Assembly: GCA_036505295.1 (NCBI GenBank)
Contig: DASXTQ010000019.1
Location: 4,446 to 68,445, forward strand
Direction: 5' to 3'
DNA length: 64,000 nt
Source: Candidatus Eiseniibacteriota bacterium
GTDB taxonomy: Bacteria > Eisenbacteria > RBG-16-71-46 > SZUA-252
Numbering within the stretch: the first letter of the stretch is position 1; every line of letters begins with the position of its first letter. The notes below the pieces were generated by a model that was not told where the DNA came from, did not search any database, and saw nothing but the letters and a program-made list of their open reading frames with translations. Of this stretch, positions 11,701 to 19,638 are shown piece after piece. The translations under genes were made by a program, and so were the position numbers.

Positions 11701-12065
11701 GCACCCGCGTGCCCATCGTGGGGGGCGGCGGGCTTCCATTCGCGGCGCTCGCCTCGCGCGAGATCACGTTCTTCGACCGGGCGCACGGCTATCCGAATCC
11801 CTTCCACGCCGGGAGCGAAGCGGTCCTTCTCTCCTACGTTCTTGGCCAGGACGCTTCGGTCAAGGTTTCCATCTACACGCTCCTGGGCGACCTGGTGCGG
11901 GAGCTGTCGCTCCCTTCGGGAGGCGTCGGTGGCGCGAGCGGCTTGAACGAAGTGCGTTGGGACGGACGGAACGGCAAAGGAGAGATCGTGCGCCCCGGTG
12001 TCTACGTCGCCCGGATCGAAGGACCGGGGGTGAGCGAGCAGGTCAAGGTGGGGGTGCTGCGATGA
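5793..12065 (+). CDS. Giant (2090 aa) Ig-like repeat cell-surface protein with type-A T9SS/FlgD-Ig C-terminal sorting domain
   Basis: The N-terminus carries a signal peptide. Most of the protein is Thr/Ser/Gly/Ala-rich beta-repeat (BIG/Ig-like). The C-terminal ~90 aa (NPFHAGSEAVLLSYVL...VSIYTLLGDLVRELSL...EVRWDGRNGKGEIVRPGVYVARIEG...KVGVLR) matches the T9SS CTD / FlgD_ig pattern. Confidence 0.8.
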   Translation: MQETTQPRRSRAKAKRRRTRAPAFRGTVVAMALLGSVLAPPAIAGPGTGTAIILGPSPIAVTDSSIWTIQYAPTEDFSATGGLVDVVIPSGWTPPQTSSPISPGYVSWTDDNYVNSVVTVGDTIRLFLGAPPKDPFQAGGSVSVLYGAGGGHASAHPQTTAQDTVYFRVRSDPTLTGSPAAIQFSPWVSVVPGRVASAKVVDGANTVVGTLTRTTDQDSTQLFLRGYDKYGNLTRLIRANWTLTGGVGAPVPSNGTGTVLKLDTPGTAYAIADSAGVWSDSTGAITVVHGAYAGLAMTAPGSVAAGTAFPVTAGSRDADGNTITGGPGSAASLTYIAFADSVGPTPADPNLVSAGAILSSGVYSGSLIARKAGAFYFSVIDSTAGYLSSRHGVAVSPGGPDRIALTPDTLRLTAGVPDTVTVRVVDAFGNRSPVPAPETLTLWTDRPAGTFQNVAGTTTIFEITIPAFADSARFRFRDTQRTTAEGRVRAIDANGTSPFLGTAGAPVFTQPNVPAAVVLTATPDTLVANGVDSVLVSGAALDSFGNAVAQGERFAFDGGALLTEVTDQDPGTPGAQLLADSTGAVRGFVRVGVTAGLGGATVQSERGSATGAAPIRLLAGAPSGAITLSASPDSLAADSLATLTLGAAGLHDANGNQVENGEKYTVSTTLGAIQNADADPAPGIQIPASGGGISLSLFGGDSLGTAQVTATALRNGSSTGTLGIRLVPGAVSASRSTVTADSPVPVGASGSVVAITLRDGQDHPLGGVQAASVVVTVVGASASTTPLASATDSGGRIDFRATATIPDTGSVRVTARGIPLAAEPGIVFQPGPLDHYTVAGPAPPLTAGSGIILTINAHDSFGNSLPGQNGNVLRPTVTSGGATVPDSVILAGGAASIPVTPTLASPLTIVVSDGPRSVTYGPVAVNPPAGLTMSPDSLSLTPAQAGTVTVTARDGQGNPISGLALTVFLGGPSAMGSLESLGSTSGGPGSQGGITNGSGQLAVRYRAPNAAPAADSIFASGGSLGPVGIRAATAPGATVALRVSPKSLSWTAGVPESVLVEAVDSFGNVVVTDGAPVTMRGAGSVVWGPASGPLVAGRFVSTGRDTVAESVAIAADRTGGSSGTGGTATVSPASPSGAIPIAATRDSLTADGRSASTVVLGPVRDAFGNLVSAGTLVGVSAQAGTLLASDASALFPGLDLATAADGRASLILIAPGAPGPDTLTAASRAGSATGSHAFTYVPPPSLAYVAGSLAPGAVIPGGSVSFALQVRNTGAGAIQLGTGSLFSFGAGATTFTAALGSPAAVGAGATTTLTFAAGTVPAALTPGAYAPSFQAAGTGATGDAFDFYLSLAGSQVSVLGLSVAAVSASPDPAPLGYQNLSLVFDVANLSGTPGDLTGGSLSYSTGAFISGAPTPSLGTTIPAGGTTRFTFPVAVPSGGIPSGTMINSTLQATVTFAGTPVVASSSIPLSFRVISAARVVAVAGSGTPQRLLRGRTFAPTLRVANTGAAAVTLNRNTTRLELDAGGTTLTTALSANTAVLASDQATLAFDSLAVPAGGVPKGRYRARVFLDGTESGQAFADTVPSAPDSIDVLDPALLTVLAGSLAPGTVSAGQSRSVSLTLRNDGDVPFALDPATALRLGAPVSVTRTLSASPTLNAGQSLNLAFTGGPLGSSAAPGDAAATLDVFGMEDGVARAQSLPGGTLHAMPPALLQYVGRSTAPSHIRPGQTVDLTLDVQNRGGSPFVIDPAQTRFTLSDGSEVMTGLASGPAFLLAPSTQAALVFPGVLVPAAMASQPYRVDLAIGGTEWALAASAAATSPDSELTVLGQLAAIQVRGVDAAVPVQLVRGGPPIRAWGLELLPLVQTGVSTKDSLTSVAITIVADGSTGLPPASSVSSISLRDRVGALLAQGAPPPGAPNPFTLSLTQPLIMTNGPESLFVDVAFRPGSSAVRVALQVAQANDLVALDALTGTRVPIVGGGGLPFAALASREITFFDRAHGYPNPFHAGSEAVLLSYVLGQDASVKVSIYTLLGDLVRELSLPSGGVGGASGLNEVRWDGRNGKGEIVRPGVYVARIEGPGVSEQVKVGVLR

Positions 12066-14005
12066 GAATGCGGCGATGCTTCCGTAACCGGCGCGTCCTG
12101 CGCCGCCAACTTCGCCGGGTCAACGCCCGGCGCCTGGTCCGCGCCATCTGCGCCGCGTCGCTTCTCCTCGCCGCGTTTTTCGGAACGCGGGCGCGCGCCT
12201 CGGGCCAGACCGCGGGGACGTCGGACCTTCTTTCGACGCCGGCGGGCTGGCCGAGCACGGGCGCCGCGAGCGGCTTCACAGGCGTGGCGCTCGATCCGCT
12301 CGCGATCTACATGAATCCGGCCGGCCTGGCGGCGCAGGATGAGCGCTCCTTCCTGGTCCACCACGGAATGCTCCAGTTCTCCACGACCTGGGACCTTGCC
12401 GCCGTCTCCTATCCCGTTCCCGGTCTTGGAGGCGTCGGCCTCGGCTTCGTGCGGATCGGAACCGGCGGGATCGACGCCTACGACGCGGGGAACCGGCCGC
12501 TGGGCTCGATCGTCTACCGCGAGACGGCGGCGGCCGTCAGCGTCGCGCGACGCGTGCGCGGGCCGATCTGGGGCGGGCTCACCTTCAAGATCTTGGGGCA
12601 GTCGCTCGGCGACGTCTCGGCATCGGCCCCCGCGCTCGACGTGGGTTTCCTCTACCGCCCGGCCGTGCTGCGCGGTGGTCAAATCGGCGTGTCGGCGCAA
12701 AACGTCGTCGCGGGCTCGCTGGACCTCGGCGGCGCGTCTTCGGTGCTTGACCGATCGTTCCGCCTCGGGCTCGGAAGCCCGGAATGGCGCCTGAACCCAA
12801 TGAGCGCAGGAAGGGTCGTGCTCGACGTCGGGACCCGCGGGAAGGAAGGGATGAAGCCGCGCGTCGGCCTCGAGTTCACGCGCGCGGGACTGGGCGCCGT
12901 TCGCGCCGGGATTTCGAACGGGGACCCCATTTTCGGCGTGGGGCTCCGCTTCCGGCGCTACGGCTTCGATTACGCCTACCAGAGCGGAAGCGTCGAGGCG
13001 ACCCAGCAGTTCGCGTTACGCATGGCGTGGGGCGAGCCGATCAGCAAGTACGAATCGCGCCGCATGGCCGAGCTTCGGCGGGCGGCGGAGGATTCCATCC
13101 GCGCGGAACGCGCGGGCGAGATCGCACGCGACCGCAAGAAGGCGGAGATCTCGGAGAGCTCGGGTGACTGGGAGACCGCGCTTGTGCTCTGGGAGGTTCT
13201 CCAACGCGCGGATCCCGGCGAGCCGAGCTACACCCAGCGTGCCGGGCGGGCGCGTGTCGAGATCGAGCGGAACGCCCAGGCCGCGATTGCCTCGGAGAGC
13301 GTGCGCCGCCTCAGGTCCACGCTGGCGGAGATGGCCCGCCAGGCGCTCTCGCGGGGGGACGTCGAAGAAGCGGCGGGTCTCGTGCGCGGGATTTCAACCG
13401 GGGGCGGCTCGGATGGCGCGTCCCAGGACACCCTCGCCGCCCTTGTCCGGGACGTCGCCGCCGCGCGCGATCGTGCCGCCGCGCGCGCTCTCTCCCGCGC
13501 CGACTCGCTTGAAGAGCGGGGACGACTCCTCGACGCCGCGGGCCAGGTGGCGCTCGCGCTGAGGCTCAAGCCCGACGATCCGCGCGCACGCGCGCTGTGG
13601 GACGCCCTCCAGGGCTCGCTCGGCAAGAGCGCCTCGGAAGCGCAGACCCTGAGCCGCAAGCTGGCCGCTCTCGGCGCACTGAATGAAGTGGCGCGGGCGT
13701 TCGCGGAAGGACGGTATGCGGAGGCGAAGGCGGCGGTCGAGCGGTCGCTCGCGCTCGATCCCACGAGCCCCGAAGCGCGGGACTGGCGCGACCGAATCCA
13801 GCGCAGGCTCACGACGCCGAAGCCCGAGCTCGATGCGCGGATCAAGCAGCTCTACATCAAGGGCATGGAGGCGTTCACCGCGGGCGACTACCGCGAGGCG
13901 CTCCGGAACTGGGAGCAGATCCTCCTGCTCGATCCTCTGAACGAGAGCGCCCGTCGGAACGTTCTCGAAGCGAGGGAGCGGATGAAGTCGGAGGCGCGCC
14001 GATGA
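12062..14005 (+). CDS. Outer-membrane beta-barrel-like protein (PorV/PorP-like region) with C-terminal TPR repeats
   Basis: The ATG overlaps the stop of the giant gene (ATGA). A signal peptide is followed by alternating hydrophobic beta-strand patterns in the first ~330 aa. TPR-like helical repeats follow in the C-terminal half (e.g. YREALRNWEQILLLDPLNESARRNVLEARER). Confidence 0.65.
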   Translation: MRMRRCFRNRRVLRRQLRRVNARRLVRAICAASLLLAAFFGTRARASGQTAGTSDLLSTPAGWPSTGAASGFTGVALDPLAIYMNPAGLAAQDERSFLVHHGMLQFSTTWDLAAVSYPVPGLGGVGLGFVRIGTGGIDAYDAGNRPLGSIVYRETAAAVSVARRVRGPIWGGLTFKILGQSLGDVSASAPALDVGFLYRPAVLRGGQIGVSAQNVVAGSLDLGGASSVLDRSFRLGLGSPEWRLNPMSAGRVVLDVGTRGKEGMKPRVGLEFTRAGLGAVRAGISNGDPIFGVGLRFRRYGFDYAYQSGSVEATQQFALRMAWGEPISKYESRRMAELRRAAEDSIRAERAGEIARDRKKAEISESSGDWETALVLWEVLQRADPGEPSYTQRAGRARVEIERNAQAAIASESVRRLRSTLAEMARQALSRGDVEEAAGLVRGISTGGGSDGASQDTLAALVRDVAAARDRAAARALSRADSLEERGRLLDAAGQVALALRLKPDDPRARALWDALQGSLGKSASEAQTLSRKLAALGALNEVARAFAEGRYAEAKAAVERSLALDPTSPEARDWRDRIQRRLTTPKPELDARIKQLYIKGMEAFTAGDYREALRNWEQILLLDPLNESARRNVLEARERMKSEARR

Positions 14006-14030
14006 CCGCACGCGGCGACGAGACGCGTCG

Positions 14031-16496
14031 ATGAGTCCCAGGGCTGGACCGACCCGCCGCTTCCAGCTTCGAGTCCCAGCCGAGGACCGCCATCTCGCCG
14101 AGATCCGCGACTTCATCCAGGACGTCGGCGAGAAGATTCAGATACCCGGAAAGATCCTCGCCAACACGAAACTCGCGGTAGACGAAGCCTGCACCAACAT
14201 CGTGAAGCACGGTTACAAGGGGAAGACCGGCTTCATCGAAGTCGTGGTGACGGGAAACCAGCGCGAGTTCTCCATGGAGATCCGGGACCAGGGCGAAAGC
14301 TTCGACCTCCGCAACGTCAAGAGCCCCGATCTCAAGATGTACGTGGAGACGAGGAAGCGCGGCGGGCTCGGCGTCTTCCTGATGAATCAGCTCATGGACG
14401 ACGTCCGCTATCGCGGGGGCCCGGACGGCAACGTCCTCACGATGTCGAAGCATCTCGGGCGACGGCGTCGGGGGGTGGGAAAAGAGGGCGGGCGTCCCCG
14501 CTCGCTCCGTTTCGCGTACACCCTTCAGGCGTTCGGCGCGATGACGTTCCTCGTCGCGGTCGCCTTCGGCGTGATCCACACGCGGCAGATGCAAAGCATC
14601 CGCGGAGAAGCGATGTCCCACGCCCGAAGCGTCGCGCGCGGGCTCGCGCTTCCGGCGGCGGAGGTGCTCTCGCGGCCCGAGCCGATGTCGATCGAGCAGA
14701 CGCTCCTGAATCAGTCCATCCGCGCCGCGCTCCGGGCAAACCCGGAATACGTGTCGGCGCGCGTCCTCGATACGGCCGGGCGCGTGTGGGGCAGCAACCG
14801 ATTCGAGGAGCTCTTCACCACGGAGCGAAGCGGGCTGAGGCAAGGATCCGGAGCGGGCCTCGGCAACCAGTGGGCGCCCCCCCGCTACCTCGTGAGCAAC
14901 GGCGTCGGCACGATCGTCGAGCCAGTGCGGGCAGGCGCGACGGGGAAGGCGCTGGCCACCGTGCTCGGCTACGTGCAGATCGGCATCAGCGAGCAGGCGA
15001 TCGGCGCACGAATCGTGGCGGCGCGCGCCGAGCTTGCGGGGATCGCGCTTCTCACGCTGTTTCTCGGCTGCCTTCTCTCGATGCTCCTGATCGGAATCTT
15101 CGTGCGGCCGATCCAGGCGCTCTCCGACAGCGTGCGCGCGATCGGCGAAGGAACGATGGTGGCCGACGTCGGCGCTTCCGGGAACGAGGAGATCGACGAG
15201 ATCGCGCGCGCGTTCAACGAGATCACGGCCAAGTTCCGCGCGGCCCAGGGCAATCTCGTCGAACAGGAGCGCCTTCAGAAGGAGATGCAGGTCGCGCAGG
15301 AGATCCAGCAGAGCCTCCTTCCCCGGCGGGTGCCGGAGCTGGAGGGCTACGAGATCGGAGCGCTCTACCGCGCGGCCAAGGAGGTCGGAGGGGACTATTA
15401 CGATTTCGTGCAAGTCGACGAGCGGACGGTGGGCGTCGTGGTCGCGGACGTGTCGGGCAAGGGAGTCCCTGGCTCGCTCGTCATGACGATGATCCGGACC
15501 GCGCTTCGCATGGAGGCGCGCGGGAATCGGTCGGCCTCGGACGTCATGGCCCGAATGAACACGTTCGTCACCGAGGACATGAAGAAGGGGATGTTCGTGA
15601 CGATGTTCTATGTGGTGCTGGATTCGGTGAACCGCGTCGTGACCTACGCCAGCGCGGGGCACAATCCGATGATCCTCTACCGCGGCGAGACGGACTCGAC
15701 CTACTTCCTGAAACCGAAAGGGATTCCCGTGGGGATCGACGCGCCGGACGCGGATCTCTTCCGCCGCACCATCAGCGTCGAACGGCTCACGCTCAAGCAG
15801 GAAGATATGATCGTGATCTACACCGACGGAATCACGGAGGCCATGAATCCCATGCGGGAGCAGTTTGGCGAGGCGAGGCTTCTCGGCGCGATCAAGAGGC
15901 ACGCGCATCTCAGCGCGCAGGGGTTCTCGGAGGCGTTGGACCGGGAGATCCATGAGTTCACCGCGGGCGCGCTCCAGAACGACGACATCACGCTGGTCGC
16001 GATCAAAGAAAAGGTGCAGCCCGAGGAGCGCATCGAATCGAAGCGGCGCGAGCTTTTCCGGCTCGTCGAGCAGGAGGGGGTGCCCGTCGGGGAAGCGTGT
16101 GACCGGCTGCAGGTCGCACCGTCGACCTACTACCGCTATCGCCGCCGGGTGGCCGAAGTGGGAGGGGAGGAAGGCCTGAAGAGCATTCGCCCGCGCTCAG
16201 GGCTCGCGAAGGCGAGCCTCGAGGAAGAGGCGGCCATCCTTTCGCTCGTGAAAGCGGAGCCTCTCATGGGGGCCAAACGGGTCGCGGAGCTGCTCCGGGC
16301 GACGGGCCGCTCGAGCCCTAATTTGACCCCGGCCGCGGTCTACGCAACCCTAAGGCGTCACGGACTTAACACGAAGGAAAAAAGGCTCGAGTTCGCCCAA
16401 AACGGAACCGATAGACGTATGGCAAGGCTGGCCCAGGCGCTTTCGGGGGCTACCCGGGCCGACCGCGCCCCAGAAGAACAAGGAGGGGGAGAATGA
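14031..16496 (+). CDS. Partner-switching fusion protein: RsbW-like anti-sigma Ser kinase (HATPase_c_2) + 2 TM/HAMP + PP2C/SpoIIE phosphatase + C-terminal IS481/IS3-type HTH domain
   Basis: N-terminal KLAVDEACTNIVKHGY...GGLGVFLMNQLMDDVRY (GHKL anti-sigma kinase). Two TM segments flank a HAMP-like linker. GGDYYDFV...VVVADVSGKGVPGSL (PP2C). The C-terminus APSTYYRYRRRVAE..GLKSIRPRS...AKRVAELLRATG...AAVYATLRRHGL resembles the transposase N-terminal HTH (HTH_23/HTH_21). Confidence 0.8.
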   Translation: MSPRAGPTRRFQLRVPAEDRHLAEIRDFIQDVGEKIQIPGKILANTKLAVDEACTNIVKHGYKGKTGFIEVVVTGNQREFSMEIRDQGESFDLRNVKSPDLKMYVETRKRGGLGVFLMNQLMDDVRYRGGPDGNVLTMSKHLGRRRRGVGKEGGRPRSLRFAYTLQAFGAMTFLVAVAFGVIHTRQMQSIRGEAMSHARSVARGLALPAAEVLSRPEPMSIEQTLLNQSIRAALRANPEYVSARVLDTAGRVWGSNRFEELFTTERSGLRQGSGAGLGNQWAPPRYLVSNGVGTIVEPVRAGATGKALATVLGYVQIGISEQAIGARIVAARAELAGIALLTLFLGCLLSMLLIGIFVRPIQALSDSVRAIGEGTMVADVGASGNEEIDEIARAFNEITAKFRAAQGNLVEQERLQKEMQVAQEIQQSLLPRRVPELEGYEIGALYRAAKEVGGDYYDFVQVDERTVGVVVADVSGKGVPGSLVMTMIRTALRMEARGNRSASDVMARMNTFVTEDMKKGMFVTMFYVVLDSVNRVVTYASAGHNPMILYRGETDSTYFLKPKGIPVGIDAPDADLFRRTISVERLTLKQEDMIVIYTDGITEAMNPMREQFGEARLLGAIKRHAHLSAQGFSEALDREIHEFTAGALQNDDITLVAIKEKVQPEERIESKRRELFRLVEQEGVPVGEACDRLQVAPSTYYRYRRRVAEVGGEEGLKSIRPRSGLAKASLEEEAAILSLVKAEPLMGAKRVAELLRATGRSSPNLTPAAVYATLRRHGLNTKEKRLEFAQNGTDRRMARLAQALSGATRADRAPEEQGGGE

Positions 16497-17170
16497 AGGG
16501 AATCGACGTCTACGTCGAAGAGGCGTCCCAAAACCAAGGTGTGTCGATTCTGCGCGTCTCCGGCTACGTGGACACCACGACGAGCCCCGATCTGGAGCGG
16601 CGTCTCCAAGCGCTGCTCCGCGAGAAGCGCTACCATGTGGTGGTGGACCTCGCGCGCGTGGAATACATCTCGAGCGCCGGCTGGGGAATATTCATCAGCG
16701 AAATCCGCGAAATCCGCGAGCACGGCGGCGACCTGAAGCTCGCCGGGATGGCTCCCGACGTCAAGGAGGTCTTCGACCTTCTCGAGTTCGAGAACATCTT
16801 GCAGGCGTATACGGACGCCGACCTCGCGGTCGCCTCCTTTGGGCCGATCGTGCCGGCGAATACCACCACGATTCCGGGCTCTGGGGCCGGCGGGGCGCCT
16901 CATTCGGCATCCGAAGCCCATGGCCCGCAACGCAGCGAGACGGTCCTCTCCGACGAGGACCTCGTGCGCGAGATCGTGCGCCAGCACCCCGATTACGGCC
17001 TCATGAGGATCCAGAAAGATCTCCGGAAACCGGAGCGCGGCGGGCGCGAGATGAACCCTGTGCAGCTCTACGTGCTCCTCCGCAGGCTCGAGCTCGACAC
17101 GCGCGAGCGCCGCGAAGCGTTCGCCAAGGGAGACGCCCCGGCGGCCAGTTCGAGCCCAACGAGAAGCTGA
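16493..17170 (+). CDS. STAS-domain anti-sigma-factor antagonist with C-terminal HTH_21-like (integrase-type) extension
   Basis: The start overlaps the upstream stop (ATGA). SILRVSGYVDTTTSPDLERRLQALL...VVVDLARVEYISSAGWGIF (SpoIIAA-like STAS). The C-terminus DLVREIVRQHPDYGLMRIQKDLRK...NPVQLYVLLRRLEL resembles the IS3/IS481 HTH-like domain. Confidence 0.8.
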   Translation: MKGIDVYVEEASQNQGVSILRVSGYVDTTTSPDLERRLQALLREKRYHVVVDLARVEYISSAGWGIFISEIREIREHGGDLKLAGMAPDVKEVFDLLEFENILQAYTDADLAVASFGPIVPANTTTIPGSGAGGAPHSASEAHGPQRSETVLSDEDLVREIVRQHPDYGLMRIQKDLRKPERGGREMNPVQLYVLLRRLELDTRERREAFAKGDAPAASSSPTRS

Positions 17171-17184
17171 CACTCGAGTTTCTC

Positions 17185-17222
17185 GGCCCCGCCTCTTCGA
17201 GACGCGGGGCCCTCACTTTTTC
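17185..17222 (+). terminator. Rho-independent terminator downstream of the partner-switching operon
   Basis: GGCCCCGC-(11 nt loop)-GCGGGGCC followed by CTCACTTTTTC, located 15 nt after the STAS gene stop. Confidence 0.6.
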
Positions 17223-17367
17223 GGCTTGACCGGAAACGCTCGACACGCTACCTTCGAGTCACGGCCTCCTGCAGCACAGCCGCATCTCCCGTGACTCGAC
17301 CCCGCCCTCACAACGCAGAGCCCGTTAGGGAACCTATCGGGATTACGATCCTCCCGAGACTCGACTC

Positions 17368-19530
17368 TTGAATTTCTCATTCTCGTCATCCCCCAGCATC
17401 ATCGCGCTGGTACTCCTGGCCGCGGCCTTTGCCCTCGGGATCTCGCTCTATCTCACGCGATACCCGGCGCTGGCCCCGCGACGCCGCGCGATTCTCACGG
17501 CCGTCCGCACCGCCACGCTGCTGGCGCTTCTCTTCGCGTCGCTCGCACCGGTCGTGCGGTATTCCAGCGCGGCGCGCGAACGGAACCGGCTGCTCATCCT
17601 GGTCGACCATTCCGGAAGCATGGAGGTCCGGGACGGCGACTCGGCGGGACGAACGCGGCGCGAGGTCGTGGACAGCGCGGCGACCGCGATCGCGAGTGGG
17701 TTCTCGGGACGGTACGACGTACGGCTGGCGTCCTTCGACGCCTCGTTGGGGCCGATCGGCAAACCCTCGTCGTGGAAGACCGCGACCCAAACGCGCGGTG
17801 CGGGGGAGACCGCGCTTGGGGACGCGATCCGGGAGGCGCTCGACCGCGTGGATCCGGATTCGCTCGCGGCGCTGCTCGTCTTGAGCGACGGCGCGGTGAA
17901 TCGCGGGGAGGACCCGGAGCGCGCGTTGACATCGACCGTACCCGCCTTCGCGCTCGTTGTGGGCTCCACGGGCGATCCTCCCACGACCGGTATCGGCGGA
18001 ATCGATGCTCCTAGCGAGGTCGTCATCGGTCGGTCCGCGATCCTCTCCGTGACGGTCCGTCACGGGACTCGCCCCGCGACGCGCGGCGTTGCGCGCCTGA
18101 GCGAGGGTGCGCGGGAGCTGGGCCGGGCTTCCTTCGCGTTGGAGCGACCCGGCTCCGTGAGCCGCGTCACGATTCCCTTCACCCTCGGAGAACGCGGCAA
18201 GCATTTCCTCGCGGTGAAGCTCGACAGCTTGCCCGGGGATCCCATCACGCAGAACAAGCGGAGGCTGATCGCGGTCACCGCACGCCCGGCGAAACGCCTG
18301 GTGCCGCTTGTGGCGACGGCATGGGACTGGGACCTTCGCTCCTTCGCGCGCGGTGTGGAGGAGGATACGTCCTGGGCGATCCAACGATGGGCCCCGTCCG
18401 GATCGTCCTCCGTTGCGGCCCCCGGCGGCGCACCGCAGAGTTTCGCCCAGGTGCTGCGCGACGCTGACGTCCTTGTCCTTCGATACGATTCCCGCACGCT
18501 CCCCTCGGAGCGGAGCGCGGAAGTTCTCAGCTTTCTCAATCGCGGAGGGGGCGTGCTGTTCTGGACCGACCCGGTGAACCGGCCCCCGGCCGCGGGTCCT
18601 CTCACGAACGCTCTCGGGCTCGCGTGGCGCGACTTCGGCAGAGCGACCGGGCCCAGCACGGGCGTGGAGCTGTCTCCAGCCGGCAGGGCGCACGAAGTCT
18701 CGCTTCTTGGGGGGGATGCCGCCACCGCGACCGCCACCTGGCGCTCGCTCCCGCCGATTCAGACGCCGTACATCCTGAGCCTCAAGGGCAACGCGCTCAC
18801 CCCGCTCCTCGAGGCGCGCTACGGAACCGAGACCACACCGCTTCTCCTGGCGGGGAGGGTCGGCGCCGGCCGCGTCGCCGTATTGAACGCGGCGGGCGTC
18901 TATCGATGGGGCCTGACGGCGGCCGGGCTGGGGGGCGGGGCCGGCATCGAGCCATCCTTCTTCGGCGGGCTCAACGCCTGGCTCTCGCAGAGCGCGGACG
19001 ACCGGCCGGTTCGGATCTCCGCCCCCGACCTCACGCCGGCCGAGCGGGCGGTCCCGGTGCGGCTCGCGCTCGCGAACGGCGCCGTCGGCACCGGAGCGCG
19101 GGCGACCGTACGAGCGCGGCGGAGCGCCGGCGGCGTCGCCGGCGAATCGCGCCTCATAGGCTCGAACCAGGGCGATTTTGCGGGCTCGATCGCGCTTCCG
19201 GAGGGGATCTATTGGCTCGTGGGGCGCGTGGAGCGCGCGGGACGATTGGTGGGCACGGACAGCCTTCGGGTCGCGGTCGGTGAGCAGGGCGTCGAATTTG
19301 AATCGCTTGGCGCGGAGCCTTCCGTGCTCGAGCGGCTGGCTTCGCGCTCGGGAGGCGTCGCGGCACCTCTGGTCCATCCGGGACCGGTTCTCGCGAGGCT
19401 GCGCTCGCCCGATATCGCCAGGGCTCGCATCATCGAGCTGGATATTTTCCACAACGTCCCGCTTTTCATTGTGCTCGTCCTCGGCGCGACCGCGGAGTGG
19501 ATTTTACGGAAGAGGTTCCATTTGCTTTAG
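17368..19530 (+). CDS. BatA/VWA-like transmembrane protein (N-terminal double-TM anchor, VWA-like ILVDHSGSM motif, C-terminal TM)
   Basis: Hydrophobic N-terminus (IIALVLLAAAFALGISLYL...), a VWA MIDAS-like LLILVDHSGSM, and a C-terminal TM FIVLVLGATAEWIL. The overlapping -strand 688-aa ORF is Arg-rich and taken as artefact. Confidence 0.65.
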   Translation: MNFSFSSSPSIIALVLLAAAFALGISLYLTRYPALAPRRRAILTAVRTATLLALLFASLAPVVRYSSAARERNRLLILVDHSGSMEVRDGDSAGRTRREVVDSAATAIASGFSGRYDVRLASFDASLGPIGKPSSWKTATQTRGAGETALGDAIREALDRVDPDSLAALLVLSDGAVNRGEDPERALTSTVPAFALVVGSTGDPPTTGIGGIDAPSEVVIGRSAILSVTVRHGTRPATRGVARLSEGARELGRASFALERPGSVSRVTIPFTLGERGKHFLAVKLDSLPGDPITQNKRRLIAVTARPAKRLVPLVATAWDWDLRSFARGVEEDTSWAIQRWAPSGSSSVAAPGGAPQSFAQVLRDADVLVLRYDSRTLPSERSAEVLSFLNRGGGVLFWTDPVNRPPAAGPLTNALGLAWRDFGRATGPSTGVELSPAGRAHEVSLLGGDAATATATWRSLPPIQTPYILSLKGNALTPLLEARYGTETTPLLLAGRVGAGRVAVLNAAGVYRWGLTAAGLGGGAGIEPSFFGGLNAWLSQSADDRPVRISAPDLTPAERAVPVRLALANGAVGTGARATVRARRSAGGVAGESRLIGSNQGDFAGSIALPEGIYWLVGRVERAGRLVGTDSLRVAVGEQGVEFESLGAEPSVLERLASRSGGVAAPLVHPGPVLARLRSPDIARARIIELDIFHNVPLFIVLVLGATAEWILRKRFHLL

Positions 19531-19638
19531 GGCGCCCACTCGAGCCGCCGGCATCCAACACCCCGAGAGCAAAGGCGCTCCCCGAGCGCCGCCGATCCTA
19601 CCGACAGCTCCCCCCGCCTCCTCTAAAGGGGGAATCCC

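Noticed and set aside
10389-15955. Other long alternative-frame ORFs (10389-11807 minus, 13875-15953 minus, 14786-15955 plus, 25115-26620 minus)
   Set aside because: Low-complexity Arg/Ser/Pro composition. They overlap genes with clear domain signatures.
15990-17170. IS481/IS3 insertion sequence
   Set aside because: Only the N-terminal HTH portions of a transposase are present. They are fused in-frame to host regulatory genes, with no DDE domain, terminal inverted repeats or target duplications.
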